A stretch of 12,126 bases of DNA from contig JBJCIZ010000304.1 in NCBI GenBank assembly GCA_051294375.1, positions 1 through 12,126 of the forward strand, read 5' to 3'. The position numbers were made by a program, and so were the translations under genes. Of this stretch, positions 1 to 8,902 are shown piece after piece. A model generated the notes under the pieces. That model saw only the letters and a list, made by a program, of their open reading frames with translations, had not been told where the DNA came from and searched no databases. This DNA comes from Paraspadella gotoi. Taxonomy: Eukaryota; Animalia; Chaetognatha. Positions within the stretch are counted from its first letter, which is position 1; the number at the start of each line of letters is the position of its first letter.

Positions 1-280
1 TCTCTTTCGTCTTTTGCTCGTTCTAACTGAATTTGAATTGCGCGTAAAACCACCTGTTTTTCTCGGAGCCGTTGATTTGCAAGAGAGATGGCGTTTTCTC
101 TGAACATTTTCATTTTCCCCTTCACTACCATTGTTTTTCTAATAAATATTGAAAAACTGACTTATCCCATGATGATGTAATGTCAGGTATTTGGAAATGA
201 CATTGTTACGATTTGACAAAGAGAGACAAGGAATGCCCAAGAGGGAGGATTCATCATGGCAATTTCAACGAGAGAAAGGG

Positions 281-324
281 AGAGAGAGAGAGAGAGAGAG
301 AAAGAGAGTGAGAGAGAGAGAGAG
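281..324. repeat. (GA)n microsatellite
   Basis: Interrupted AG dinucleotide run read directly; it produces the ERER/LSLS ORFs in the track. Confidence 0.95.
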
Positions 325-471
325 AGGGGGGGGCAAACTCAGCGGCGAGAACTTTTCAAGGGGAGAGGGATCGCAGTCGATCTGGTTTTTTTGTTTCCTC
401 GCGATGCCTCGTCGCGTGACGACGTGAAGTATCCAGCCAGAAGCCAAAGAGAGAGATTTTGACCGTGGAGA

Positions 472-496
472 NNNNNNNNNNNNNNNNNNNNNNNNN
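472..496. other. Assembly gap (25 N)
   Basis: Run of exactly 25 N. Confidence 0.99.
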
Positions 497-860
497 GAAG
501 AAGGAGAGCAGAAAAAAAAGAGAGAGAGAGAGCGGATGTACAATAAGAAGGGCAGAGGGAGTTAAGACCGTTAGATCTCGTGACGACGGAAGTCCAAAGA
601 AGACGGAAAAGGGAGCCGGTCAACCGGATCTGTTCCCTTTTTTAATAGAGATATATAGTCAGCGTATGAAGTTAGCAGAAAACCTGCCCTCCCCTCGCGA
701 GCGAGACGCGGAGAAGGTGAGAATCGCGAGTGAGATGGGCCAGTGAGGGGCTTGGGTGGTGGAGAGCGTCGTTTGGATAAGAGCATGGCCTTGGCTCCTT
801 GCGCCAGTCTGTTCTCTCGTACGTGGAGGAAAGGGGATCGAGGAAACAAGGACGCGGCAC

Positions 861-1143
861 GAGGCTCCCCAGCCGCTAAAGGAGAGAAGGAAGGAGGAGC
901 CCGGGGAGAAGCAGCGATTTGAAGCACAAAAAAGGGCGAGAAAGACAGATGCTTGAGATCTGAGGTTATTCGGCCTTCACAGGTCACAGGAGGGAGCCCT
1001 CGTTAGAAAAGGAATGCGCGATATCGAATCCATCGGTGAAAGAGAGGGGGGGAAAGAAAATTGTAAAGAGATGAAATGCTAGTAAACAAAAAGAGAGATT
1101 GGTAGTTTTTTTTTTTTAGGAGAAAAAGATAGAAGTTGTGCGT
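861..1143 (+). repeat. Dispersed repeat, copy A (direct repeat of 11938-12126)
   Basis: Shares ordered blocks TAAAGGAGAGAAGGAAG, AGATGCT(T)GAGATC, GAATGCGCGAT(A)TCGAATCCATCG, GGTAGTTTTT..AGGAGAAA and TTGTGCGT with copy B; copy A has about 60 extra nt at 1036-1097. Confidence 0.9.
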
Positions 1144-2524
1144 TGAAAAGTAAAACATTTAATCGAAAAAGTGAGTGAAAAATACTTGTGACATCAATGA
1201 AAATCGAAATGTGCATTAGTGAAGTCGAAGTCGGAATGGGTTGAGTTAAAGTTGTGCTAGGCAATAAGAATCCTAAAAGTAGATGTTGAAATAGTAAATC
1301 ACTGAGAAGGGGAGATAGAAAAGTTTGAAATAATGTGTGTGGTAGAATATTGAGACAATTTAAAATTAATTGAAATAGTTGAGGTTAAAAATAAATAGTA
1401 CAGAAAGCGAAATAGGAAAGGCAATTATGTGAAAACTATGAAAATAGAATTTGAAAGGGTGATGGAGGTTTTAAGAAGGAGTGAGTTAAAAATAAGGGAA
1501 ACAATATAAATTTATTCGAAAGAAACAGTGAGGCCAAAATAGAAAAGAAATCGGAAATAGGAGGGGCAATAAGACAAACTACGAATTTCAATTGAAAACA
1601 GAGTGGACAGACAGAATAAGCTAAGATGAAAAACCGCTGGGTGTTATAGAGGGATAATAAGGTAAAGGACCTAGAGAGGATATATACACTTAGATTACAT
1701 TAACGTCCCTGGGGATTATTTTGCTGAAAGGCGAAAATAATTACGATTTTACTATTAACAGTACAACCACTAAAGTCCCGGATTAGCTAAAGTAAAGGAA
1801 TTAGTTGGGTTTAGTGATCTTATGCTTGTGTTGGCTGAGGTGCGGCGATGGGTCTTTTGTCTTTTCCTTTGGCTGTTCACTTTTGAGAGGCGGATTTTTT
1901 TCAATTTTTTTTTTCGCTGATGGAGAGAAAAAGTTTTTTTTGTGAAATATTAGTTAGGTTGTTTTTTTTTGCGCGAGGAAAATTAATAAAAAAAATTAGG
2001 GATGAAAAAAAAATTAAGATTAGGAAAGAATGGAGAAAAAAATTTAGGGTGGTTCTGTGAGGGTTGCCGGTTAGCCAGTTAGTTCGGATAGAGCAGCGGA
2101 AACTTAATCTGGGGAAGGCTTAAACCTTGGGGAGAGACTGATTGGGGCGTCACTGGAAGAATGGGTATCTAGCTAAAGGTAGGTCTAACTTAGTCTCCAT
2201 CAGGGAAAAGACGGTAAGTAGGGTAGGGAAATATATTGGTAATAGGTTAAAATGGCTACAACCCAAAGGGAACAAGGGTCACATAAAAGGAGAGAGGGGA
2301 GAGGGAAGGCTTTGCAAGACCCCAGACCGAGAGGGGAGAAGCTGGGAACTATTGAGTCCGATCTCCAAGACTCTATCCGCTGGACTCCGGGGATGAGAGG
2401 AGGGGCAGAACGGACGGTCTGAGCGAGAGTGAGGACCGGCGTCTCGCATTGAGGAGGGAGAGAAGCGCCCGGGGGGGAGAGAGAGGTTCTGGCCTGGTAG
2501 AGGTGAGCCTCTAGTCTTGTTAGA

Positions 2525-2750
2525 ATTAGGATTAGATAAGTGAAATTAAGAATAAGGGATTATGTTACTGATGGTTTGGGATTGGGTTTAAGATTAGGGT
2601 TACAAAATTGGTATTAATTATTACGATCTTAAGTTAGGGTTAAGGATTAGCTTAAGATTTGGATTTAAGGTTTAGGGACTAGGGTCAGGGATTTAGGTTA
2701 TGAGGTTTTAAATATGTCAGGTTAAATATTAGGCTAAAATTAAATTCCAG
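2525..2750 (+). repeat. Degenerate TTAGGG/TTAGG-like tract
   Basis: Scattered TTAGGG, TTAGG, TTAAGG, CTAGGG and TCAGGG words in AT-rich sequence. Confidence 0.65.
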
Positions 2751-2802
2751 AATAAGGTATAGAAATGTAAGCGCTTTGGGAAACAGAGCCAACATTTTTT
2801 AC

Positions 2803-3019
2803 CTGTATTTGCGGCTCTGCTTTCTCCCATACACTGCAGTCTAGCATTGATTACTGCGGTGCGGCTAGCCTTGTCCTTTCCGCCAACCGCCAAGCGACTT
2901 CTGCAATGACTTAGCCACTGAGGATTCTGCTGCATCAATGGAAGAATCTGAGGATTGGAATTTGGAATCGGAAAGTAAATCGATGTGAGGAAGATGGACC
3001 GATGGTTGGGCGGTTGCGA
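2803..3019 (-). CDS. Candidate internal exon of an unidentified gene
   Basis: Minus strand: long pyrimidine tract, TTTTTCCAG acceptor and CAG|GTAAAA donor. Length 217 nt (3n+1); reads ATAQPSVHLPHIDLL...KSL then, after one frameshift, GGKDKASRTAVINARLQCMGESRAANT. No family recognised. Confidence 0.3.
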
Positions 3020-3510
3020 CTGGAAAAATGGGGGCGTTGGGGAAAATGTGAAAGGGGAGGGGAAAGGGGTAAGGGAGAGCAGAGGGAGGGGGAGAGGAGA
3101 AGGAAAAGAGGAAAGGGAGTAGAATTAGTCGCACAATAAACTAAGATTTGGATACAGACATATTCTAATAAAATAAGGCTCAATCACTTAGAAGTTTACA
3201 GCCTAATTAACTAATTCAGATTACCATCTTGCCTGAAGTTTATATTGTACAAAAAAGTTTATAATATAAAAACTATTTTTATTAACAACAACAAAAACGA
3301 CAAACCTCAAAAGGAAAATGAGAGAATTTCCTGATTTGTCGACGTCATCCCTAAAAATATATATAAAACATTTTTAATCGAATTAGATTAGGTAACTAAA
3401 AAATAGAATTAATTTCATGTTTAATTTAAACTAAAATACAAAAATTCAAAACAAAATGAGCCTTATTTTCTTAAAGTTCTCCTTAAATTTTGGAATTAAA
3501 TTAATAAAAA

Positions 3511-3665
3511 TTAGGGCTATAGGGTTAAAGTCATGGTCCATAGATCAGGTTTAAGATTAAGGATTATATTAGTAAATTATGGATTAAGCGGTACAGTTTA
3601 AAAATTTTGCGGTTAAATATTATATTTAATAATTTTGGAAAATAAGATTAGGGTTATATTTTAGG
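3511..3665 (+). repeat. Degenerate TTAGGG-like tract flanking the foldback element
   Basis: TTAGGG, TAGGG and TTAAGG words; shares GGTTAAATATTA with the 2525-2750 tract. Confidence 0.55.
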
Positions 3666-3825
3666 TTCTAGTTTGGGTTGGCGACTTCAGCCATGGCGAT
3701 GCGCCAAGGGCTTTGGCGATTGTCGCCAGTCCCCCCACTGGCGACCTCGCCAAGTGATAAAAGGCGAATATAATGAAAAACGCATCTAACACGGGGATGA
3801 GCATCACCTTCAGGCTCCTTTCCCA

Positions 3826-4405
3826 ACCCTAACCCTAAACCCAAACCTTCCCGTTCAACTCTGTGCCTCTCCCCTAACCCTAACCGGGGCCTGGGCCTCC
3901 CGTACATCTCCATGCCTCAACCCTAACCTAACCGCCTTTGATGCATCAAACCCACGGGGCCCCTCCCCCAACCCTAAAAACCCTAAACCAGGCTCCCGTT
4001 TTCAACTCCATGCCTTTCCCCTAACCCTAACTCAGGCCAGCCTCCCGTACATCTCCGTGCCTCAACCCTAACCCTAACCCGCCTTCGATGCATCAAACCA
4101 TGGGTCCCTCCCGCAACCCTAACCCTAAACCAAGCCTCCCGTTCAACTCCATGCCTTCTCCCCTACCCTAAACCAGGGCCCGGCCTCCCGTACATCTCGC
4201 TACCTCAACTAACCCTAATTGCCTTCGATACTATTAAACCCACGGGCCTTCTCTCCACCCTAACCCTAAACCGGGCCCAGCGGCCTCCCGTTACATCTCG
4301 TCACCTCAACCCGTAACCCTAATTGCTCTCATATATAACAGGCCTCTTCTCCCAACCCTAACCCTAAACGGGCCCAGGCCTCCCGTGCCCCAACCCTACC
4401 CTAAG
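3826..4405 (+). repeat. Composite minisatellite, left arm: ~144-bp A-B-C unit with each module followed by about two CCCTAA
   Basis: Module A (CCGTTCAACTC) at about 3851, 3996 and 4139; module B CCTCCCGTACATCTC; module C GCCTTCGATGCATCAAACC; the innermost copies lack A. Confidence 0.9.
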
Positions 4406-4489
4406 CGGGCCTCTTGGTCATCAACAACACCTCCCTACCCCTATCCCTAAAATTGACATTAATTAATAGCCTAAAATAAAACTTAACTC

Positions 4490-4601
4490 AAACCCAACCT
4501 AACCTAAACTATCAACCCTAACCCTAACTACTCACCCTAACCCTAACTACTACCTATCTCAACCCTAACCTAAACCAACTTCAACCCCTAACCCTAACCC
4601 C
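4490..4601 (+). repeat. Degenerate interstitial (CCCTAA)n tract
   Basis: Multiple AACCCTAACCCTAA words interspersed with CTACT(C) spacers. Confidence 0.85.
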
Positions 4602-4807
4602 TATCTGAGTTTTTTTAGAGCGAAAATCGCCATAACTAGAACGCTAGATGTAGTTCAGTGCGAAATCGCCAAATCGCGACTTAGCCATGACGCCCTCGCC
4701 ATTGGGACGCCCTCCGGGGGCCCCCCATATTTTTTTTGGCGGATTTAGCTGTGAACTACATCTAGCGTTCTAGTCTATGGCGATTTCGCCTACAAATATA
4801 ACTCAGA

Positions 4808-4935
4808 TTAGGGGTTAGGTTAGTGTTGAGTTGTCTTAGGGTTAGGGATTTGAGTTAGGATAGTGGTTAGGGTTAGGGTTGGAGTAGTTTAGGGTTTAGG
4901 GTTGAGTAGTTCTAGGGCTTTAGGGTTAGGGTTTG
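4808..4935 (+). repeat. Degenerate interstitial (TTAGGG)n tract, mirror of 4490-4601
   Basis: Multiple TTAGGGTTAGGG words interspersed with GAGTAG spacers. Confidence 0.85.
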
Positions 4936-5014
4936 AGTAAGTTTATTTAGGCTTATTATTATGTCAATAGGGATAGGGGTAGGGAGGGTGTTGTGATGAC
5001 CAAGAGGCCCGCGT

Positions 5015-5740
5015 ATAGGGTTAGGGTTGAGGCACGGGGGGCCTGGCCCGGTTTTAGGGTTAGGGTTGGGAGAGAGCCCGTGGGTTATATATCGAGGCAA
5101 TTAGGGTTAGGATTGAGGTACGGAGATGTATGGGAGGCCTGGGCCCGTTTAGGGTTAGGGTTGGGAGAGAGGCCGTGGTTATTATATCGAGGCAATTAGG
5201 GTTAGGGGTTGAGGTACGGCAGATGTAACGGGAGGCCGGGGCCTGGTTAGGGTTAGGGGAGAGGCATGGAGTTGAAACGGTAGGCTTTGCGTTTTAGGGT
5301 TAGGGTTGCCGGGAGGGACCGATGGTTGATTGCATTGAAGGCGGTTTAGGGTTTAGGGTTGAGCACGGAGATGTACGGGAGGCTGGGCCTGAGTTAGGGT
5401 TAGGGGAGAGGCATGGAGTTGAACGGAGGCTACGGTTTAGCGGTTTAGGGTTGGGGGAGGGGCCCGTGGTTGATGCATCCGAAGGCGTGTTTAGGGTTTA
5501 GGGTTGAGGCACGGAAGATGTACGCGGAGGGGACTGGAGCCTTGGTTAGGGTTAGGGAGAGGCACAGAGTTTGAGAAGGGCTTGGTTGGGTTTTGGTTGG
5601 GGAGCGGGCCCCGTGGTTGAGTGCCATCAAGCGCGGTTTTAGGGTTAGGGTTGAGCTGGAGATGTACGGAGGCCCAGGCCCGGTTTAGGTTAGGGGAGAG
5701 GCACAGAGTTGAACGAGTTTGGTTTAGGCGTTAGGGTTGG
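5015..5740 (-). repeat. Composite minisatellite, right arm (reverse complement, four A modules)
   Basis: GAGTTGAAC-type A modules near 5270, 5418, 5568 and 5708, separated by GAGATGTACG and TGATGCATC modules and TTAGGG doublets. Confidence 0.9.
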
Positions 5741-6164
5741 GAAAGGAGCCTGAAGGTGTGCTATCCCCTGTGTTAGCTGCGCTTTTTCATTATATTCGCT
5801 ACTTTTATCCAACTGACGAGGTCGCCAGTGGGGGGACTGCGAATCATTTCGCCAAAGCCCTGGGCGACATCGCCATGGCGAAAGGTCGCCAATCCAACTT
5901 AGAAACCACACCTGCAACTCGTAGCGTGAATCGGCCTGCGACATCGCTATTTGAATGAACTACAACTTAGGGTAATTTAGGGAATGAAGAACAGAAATGG
6001 GGTGCTTTTGGAAAGAGAGCCTCGAATAGTTTCCTTCTCTGCCTTTTTCCTTTTCTATATTTTGTTCTTTAAATTCACATTTAAAATCTCCTCACGTAGT
6101 GAAAAGATTAATTTGTCACATGAATAAATATTCAAAATGAATAAATGTCCGATGACGGAATCTT

Positions 6165-6230
6165 TCACTTAGGTTTCTTCACTTCCACTACCCCGGATTC
6201 CATCCTAACGATTTTCATTGCTCCGCCATT
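6165..6230 (-). CDS. Possible terminal coding exon of the SLC4 gene
   Basis: TATTTGTTAG acceptor, then open frame NGGAMKIVRMESGVVEVKKPK-stop; phase 0, matching the phase-0 donor after EAGV at 7691. Short, with weak homology support. Confidence 0.35.
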   Translation of the reverse strand, partial: NGGAMKIVRMESGVVEVKKPK

Positions 6231-6957
6231 CTAACAAATACTGAATAAAATCTATCGGTGCATCAGCCAGCGGCAAAATGAAGCGGAGTCCTTAATCCGG
6301 CAGCGCCGTCTGTCGGGGGAAAATGAGGAACACTTTAAACAAGTTTGAAGCAAACCAACGTTCGGAATCTTGCGTTGCGGTATTTAGGGGTAATCAGTTA
6401 ATCAGATGATAAGTCACGAAGAGTTGTTTTTAATTTGTTGATGATAACACATCATAACCACAACATTTTACATAACATTAACCATTACCGGTGAGTTCAG
6501 TGGAGTTAACCTCCTCAAATTGATTCCAGTTAAAATTTTTCGCTTCCTTCCAATCTTTTGAATTTTTTAAAGCAGAAAAAAAGATTTTTCATTTGTTATG
6601 ACGAATTGATTCGTTATAAGATTCTTTGGTTACGTTAATCGGATTTCGTTAAGCGACATTTTCCATTACGTTTTGATCGAAAGCAACAGAGAGATCTCGA
6701 ATCTTTTCATTCTGTCTCGCTCTCTCTTTTCTCTCTCTGTCTCACTCTTTCCGTCTCTATCTGTTGCGGGTTATAACATCCGGTTTTACGTATTATGGAA
6801 TTCATGTTTACGAACGAGTTTTACTGGGCGAGGTTGTTTTTATTCTGCGATGTCGTTTTGTCGGTAAAATCGATTTTCTTTTTGTAGCCAGGAAACGTAG
6901 CGGAGGAATTTGGAACTAAAAACCCGATTCAAACTTGAAGGGCGAAAACAAAAAGGA

Positions 6958-7034
6958 TTTTAAAATTTAAAATTAAAATTAAAATTTAAAATTTAAAATT
7001 TAAAATTTAAAATTTAAATTAAAATTTAAAATTT
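6958..7034. repeat. A/T-only (TTTAAAA)n-like tandem repeat
   Basis: About 11 imperfect 6-7 nt units with no G or C. Confidence 0.9.
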
Positions 7035-7478
7035 ATATGCGAGTTAATGTTTTCTGTCTTACAAAAAATTTCTTATTTTAATAACCATAATGAAGTTATA
7101 CGATTCTAATGAAATGGGTACAACAATATAAAAAATTATCCATTTCATTTAATAAATAAGCTATCTTGCCCCTGACTTTGGACAGGTTTGGTGTTAAGGC
7201 CTCCATCACTCTTACAAGATAATGACATAGGCACGTCCCTGCAAGCTTTCAATCCAATAATGTGAGAATCACCCTTCAAATGATTTAAACTGACTAAACG
7301 TAGGAGATAAAATCAAATTAAACCTTCTTTTTAGTATTAAGGGCGTCTAATTGAACCACAACAAAAGTATAAGCAATGTATTAACAACTGTTGCAAATCT
7401 CAATAATAACTAAAAATTAATAATTCAATGTAAGAAGAAAAAACCGAGTACATTTGAAACCCAGTTTCGATTAGTAAT

Positions 7479-7580
7479 CTCTCTCTCTACTCTCTCTCTC
7501 TCCCTCTCTACCTCTCCTCTCTCTACTCTCTCCCTCTCTCTCTCTTCCTCTCCCTCCCTCCCCTCTCACTCTCTACCTCC
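7479..7580. repeat. CT-rich microsatellite
   Basis: Interrupted (CT)n run. Confidence 0.9.
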
Positions 7581-7690
7581 TACTCAACAACATTTCCCTC
7601 ATTATCGTCATATCCGTCATTCGCCCTTTTCCCATCGTTGTCACCCCCACCCCAAAAAATGCAGCGGCCGTAAGCAACGCCCACTCTTAC

Positions 7691-7840
7691 CACCCCCGCC
7701 TCCCCGGGATGTCCCTCAGCAGCAGGAAGCGGATCGTTCCAGCGCCGTTCCAACTTCTTTCCGTAGTGAAGAGAAAATCCATGAAGTTGCGAATTCCCAT
7801 CAAAGCGACGATCATCATCTGGGAAGACGATGCTCGTTTC
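7691..7840 (-). CDS. SLC4: SLC4 bicarbonate transporter exon (last membrane segment and start of C-tail), frameshifted
   Basis: Stitching frames gives ETSIVFP-MMIVALMGIRNFMDFLFT-RKE-LE..-DPLPAAEGHPGEAGV, matching the SLC4 C-terminal pattern S(I)xFPxM...xRKxxDxxF...ELxxLDD. AG at 7842-7841, GTAAGA donor at 7690; joins in phase to KHFK of the previous exon. Confidence 0.88.
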
Positions 7841-7854
7841 CTCGTGGTCGCTTG

Positions 7855-8262
7855 GGAGGGAAGAGGGAGGGTGTGGCGAGAGGAGGTAGAGAGAGGGAGA
7901 GAGGGGTGGAGAAGTAAAAGGAGGGAGAGAGAGAGGAGGGGAGGGAGAAGGAGAGGGGAGAGGGAGGGAGAGATAGAGGAGAGTGAGAAAGAGTGAGAAA
8001 GAGAAGGGAGAGAGAGGGGAGAAGGGGGAGGGAGAGAGAAGAAGAGGAGAAAGGACGGAGACGGGAGGGGGAAGGATGTGAGAAAGAGGAAGGGAGAGAG
8101 AGAGGAAAGGGAGTATGGGAGAGGAGAAGAGATGGAAAGGGAGGAGGCGAGAGGGAGTAAGAAAGAGAATGGGACGGAGAGAGAAGAGGGGAGGGAGAAG
8201 AAAGAGGAAGAGGGGAAGAGGCAGAGTGAGGATGGAGAAAGGAGGAAGAAAGAAAAAAAGAA
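7855..8262. repeat. ~400-nt polypurine/polypyrimidine low-complexity tract
   Basis: Almost exclusively G/A on the plus strand; abuts the SLC4 acceptor as a pyrimidine tract on the minus strand. Confidence 0.9.
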
Positions 8263-8305
8263 GAATTTTGGTATAAGAAAATGAAGATAATATTTTTAAA
8301 ATATG

Positions 8306-8339
8306 TCTCTCTTCTCTTCTCTCTCTCTCTCTCTCTACT

Positions 8340-8371
<32 letters not shown>
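8306..8371. repeat. (CT)n microsatellite
   Basis: Interrupted CT run. Confidence 0.92.
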
Positions 8372-8902
8372 CCCATCCTGAAAACAGAGCCAATTCTTAA
8401 GTAATCGGGAATATTTGTGCCTAATCATTTTCTTTTTCTTTTTTTGTTTCACTTTTTTTTAAAACGTCGGAAAAAAAAAAAAAAAGTTTATGTTTTAATA
8501 TAAAGAACAACAAGCTACACTTTAAATAATTTTAAAACAATTTTTTCTATTCGACAAAATGGATTCATATATTTAGTTTCATATTGGTTTAATCTTATCG
8601 CGTTTCTACTATTACCTGACCCGTTAGCATTAATATTCTATATTTTAAAAGTAAGCTCTAAATAACGTTTAATTAATTTTACAAACATAACTTCAATAAC
8701 TCTGTAAAAGACTGAATTATTTCTAAATTCTCTCATCTCTACCTCAGGAATCGAAGGCGAAAATAAAAACACATCAATACTGACTCTTTCGCGTAATTAA
8801 CGTCATTTATGTGCAATGAATTAGATTTTTATCTCAATTTCTATATCATTACCAAATTAAATATTTCAAATATTTAACAATATTTTCCTATTTTTTCCTC
8901 AG

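Larger units (their letters stand above)
3664..5907. mobile_element. Non-coding foldback (long inverted repeat) element with telomeric-motif tandem arrays; arms about 3664-4673 and 4735-5907
   Basis: The reverse complement of 4735-5907 aligns colinearly with 3664-4673, e.g. CTAGAACGCTAGATGTAGTTCA vs TGAACTACATCTAGCGTTCTAG and CACCTTCAGGCTCCTTTCCCAACCCTAAC vs GTTAGGGTTGGGAAAGGAGCCTGAAGGTG. The inverted repeat is seen directly; mobility is inferred and no transposase ORF is present. Confidence 0.75.

Noticed and set aside
191-987. Overlapping short ORFs near the gap
   Set aside because: Driven by microsatellite, N-run and repeat sequence; no recognisable domain or convincing splice structure.
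2060-2500. Further minus-strand exons (Ser/Pro-rich reading) and the plus-strand ORF 2142-2396
   Set aside because: Splice signals point to both strands and no consistent frame or homology could be established.
2781-2792. AAACAGAGCCAA shared with about 8382-8393
   Set aside because: The 12-nt match does not extend into the flanks; insufficient to call a repeat or regulatory site.
4490-4935. Chromosome end-to-end telomere fusion site
   Set aside because: A fusion reads (TTAGGG)n then (CCCTAA)n; here the order is reversed and the tracts are short and embedded in a larger mirrored element.
3826-5740. CRISPR-like repeat/spacer array
   Set aside because: The sequences between telomeric doublets are themselves repeated modules, the context is eukaryotic and no cas genes are present.
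3668-5958. ORFs within the foldback element (LGLG, NPNP, RVRV peptides)
   Set aside because: Products of CCCTAA/TTAGGG repeats; no transposase, reverse transcriptase or Rep motifs seen.
6123-6249. AATAAA words as SLC4 polyadenylation signals
   Set aside because: They are on the plus strand, opposite to the gene, in AT-rich sequence.
7580-8452. 290-aa and 192-aa ORFs as genes
   Set aside because: They are translations of GA/CT low-complexity tracts; only the ETSIVFP and DPLPAAEG fragments belong to the real SLC4 exon.
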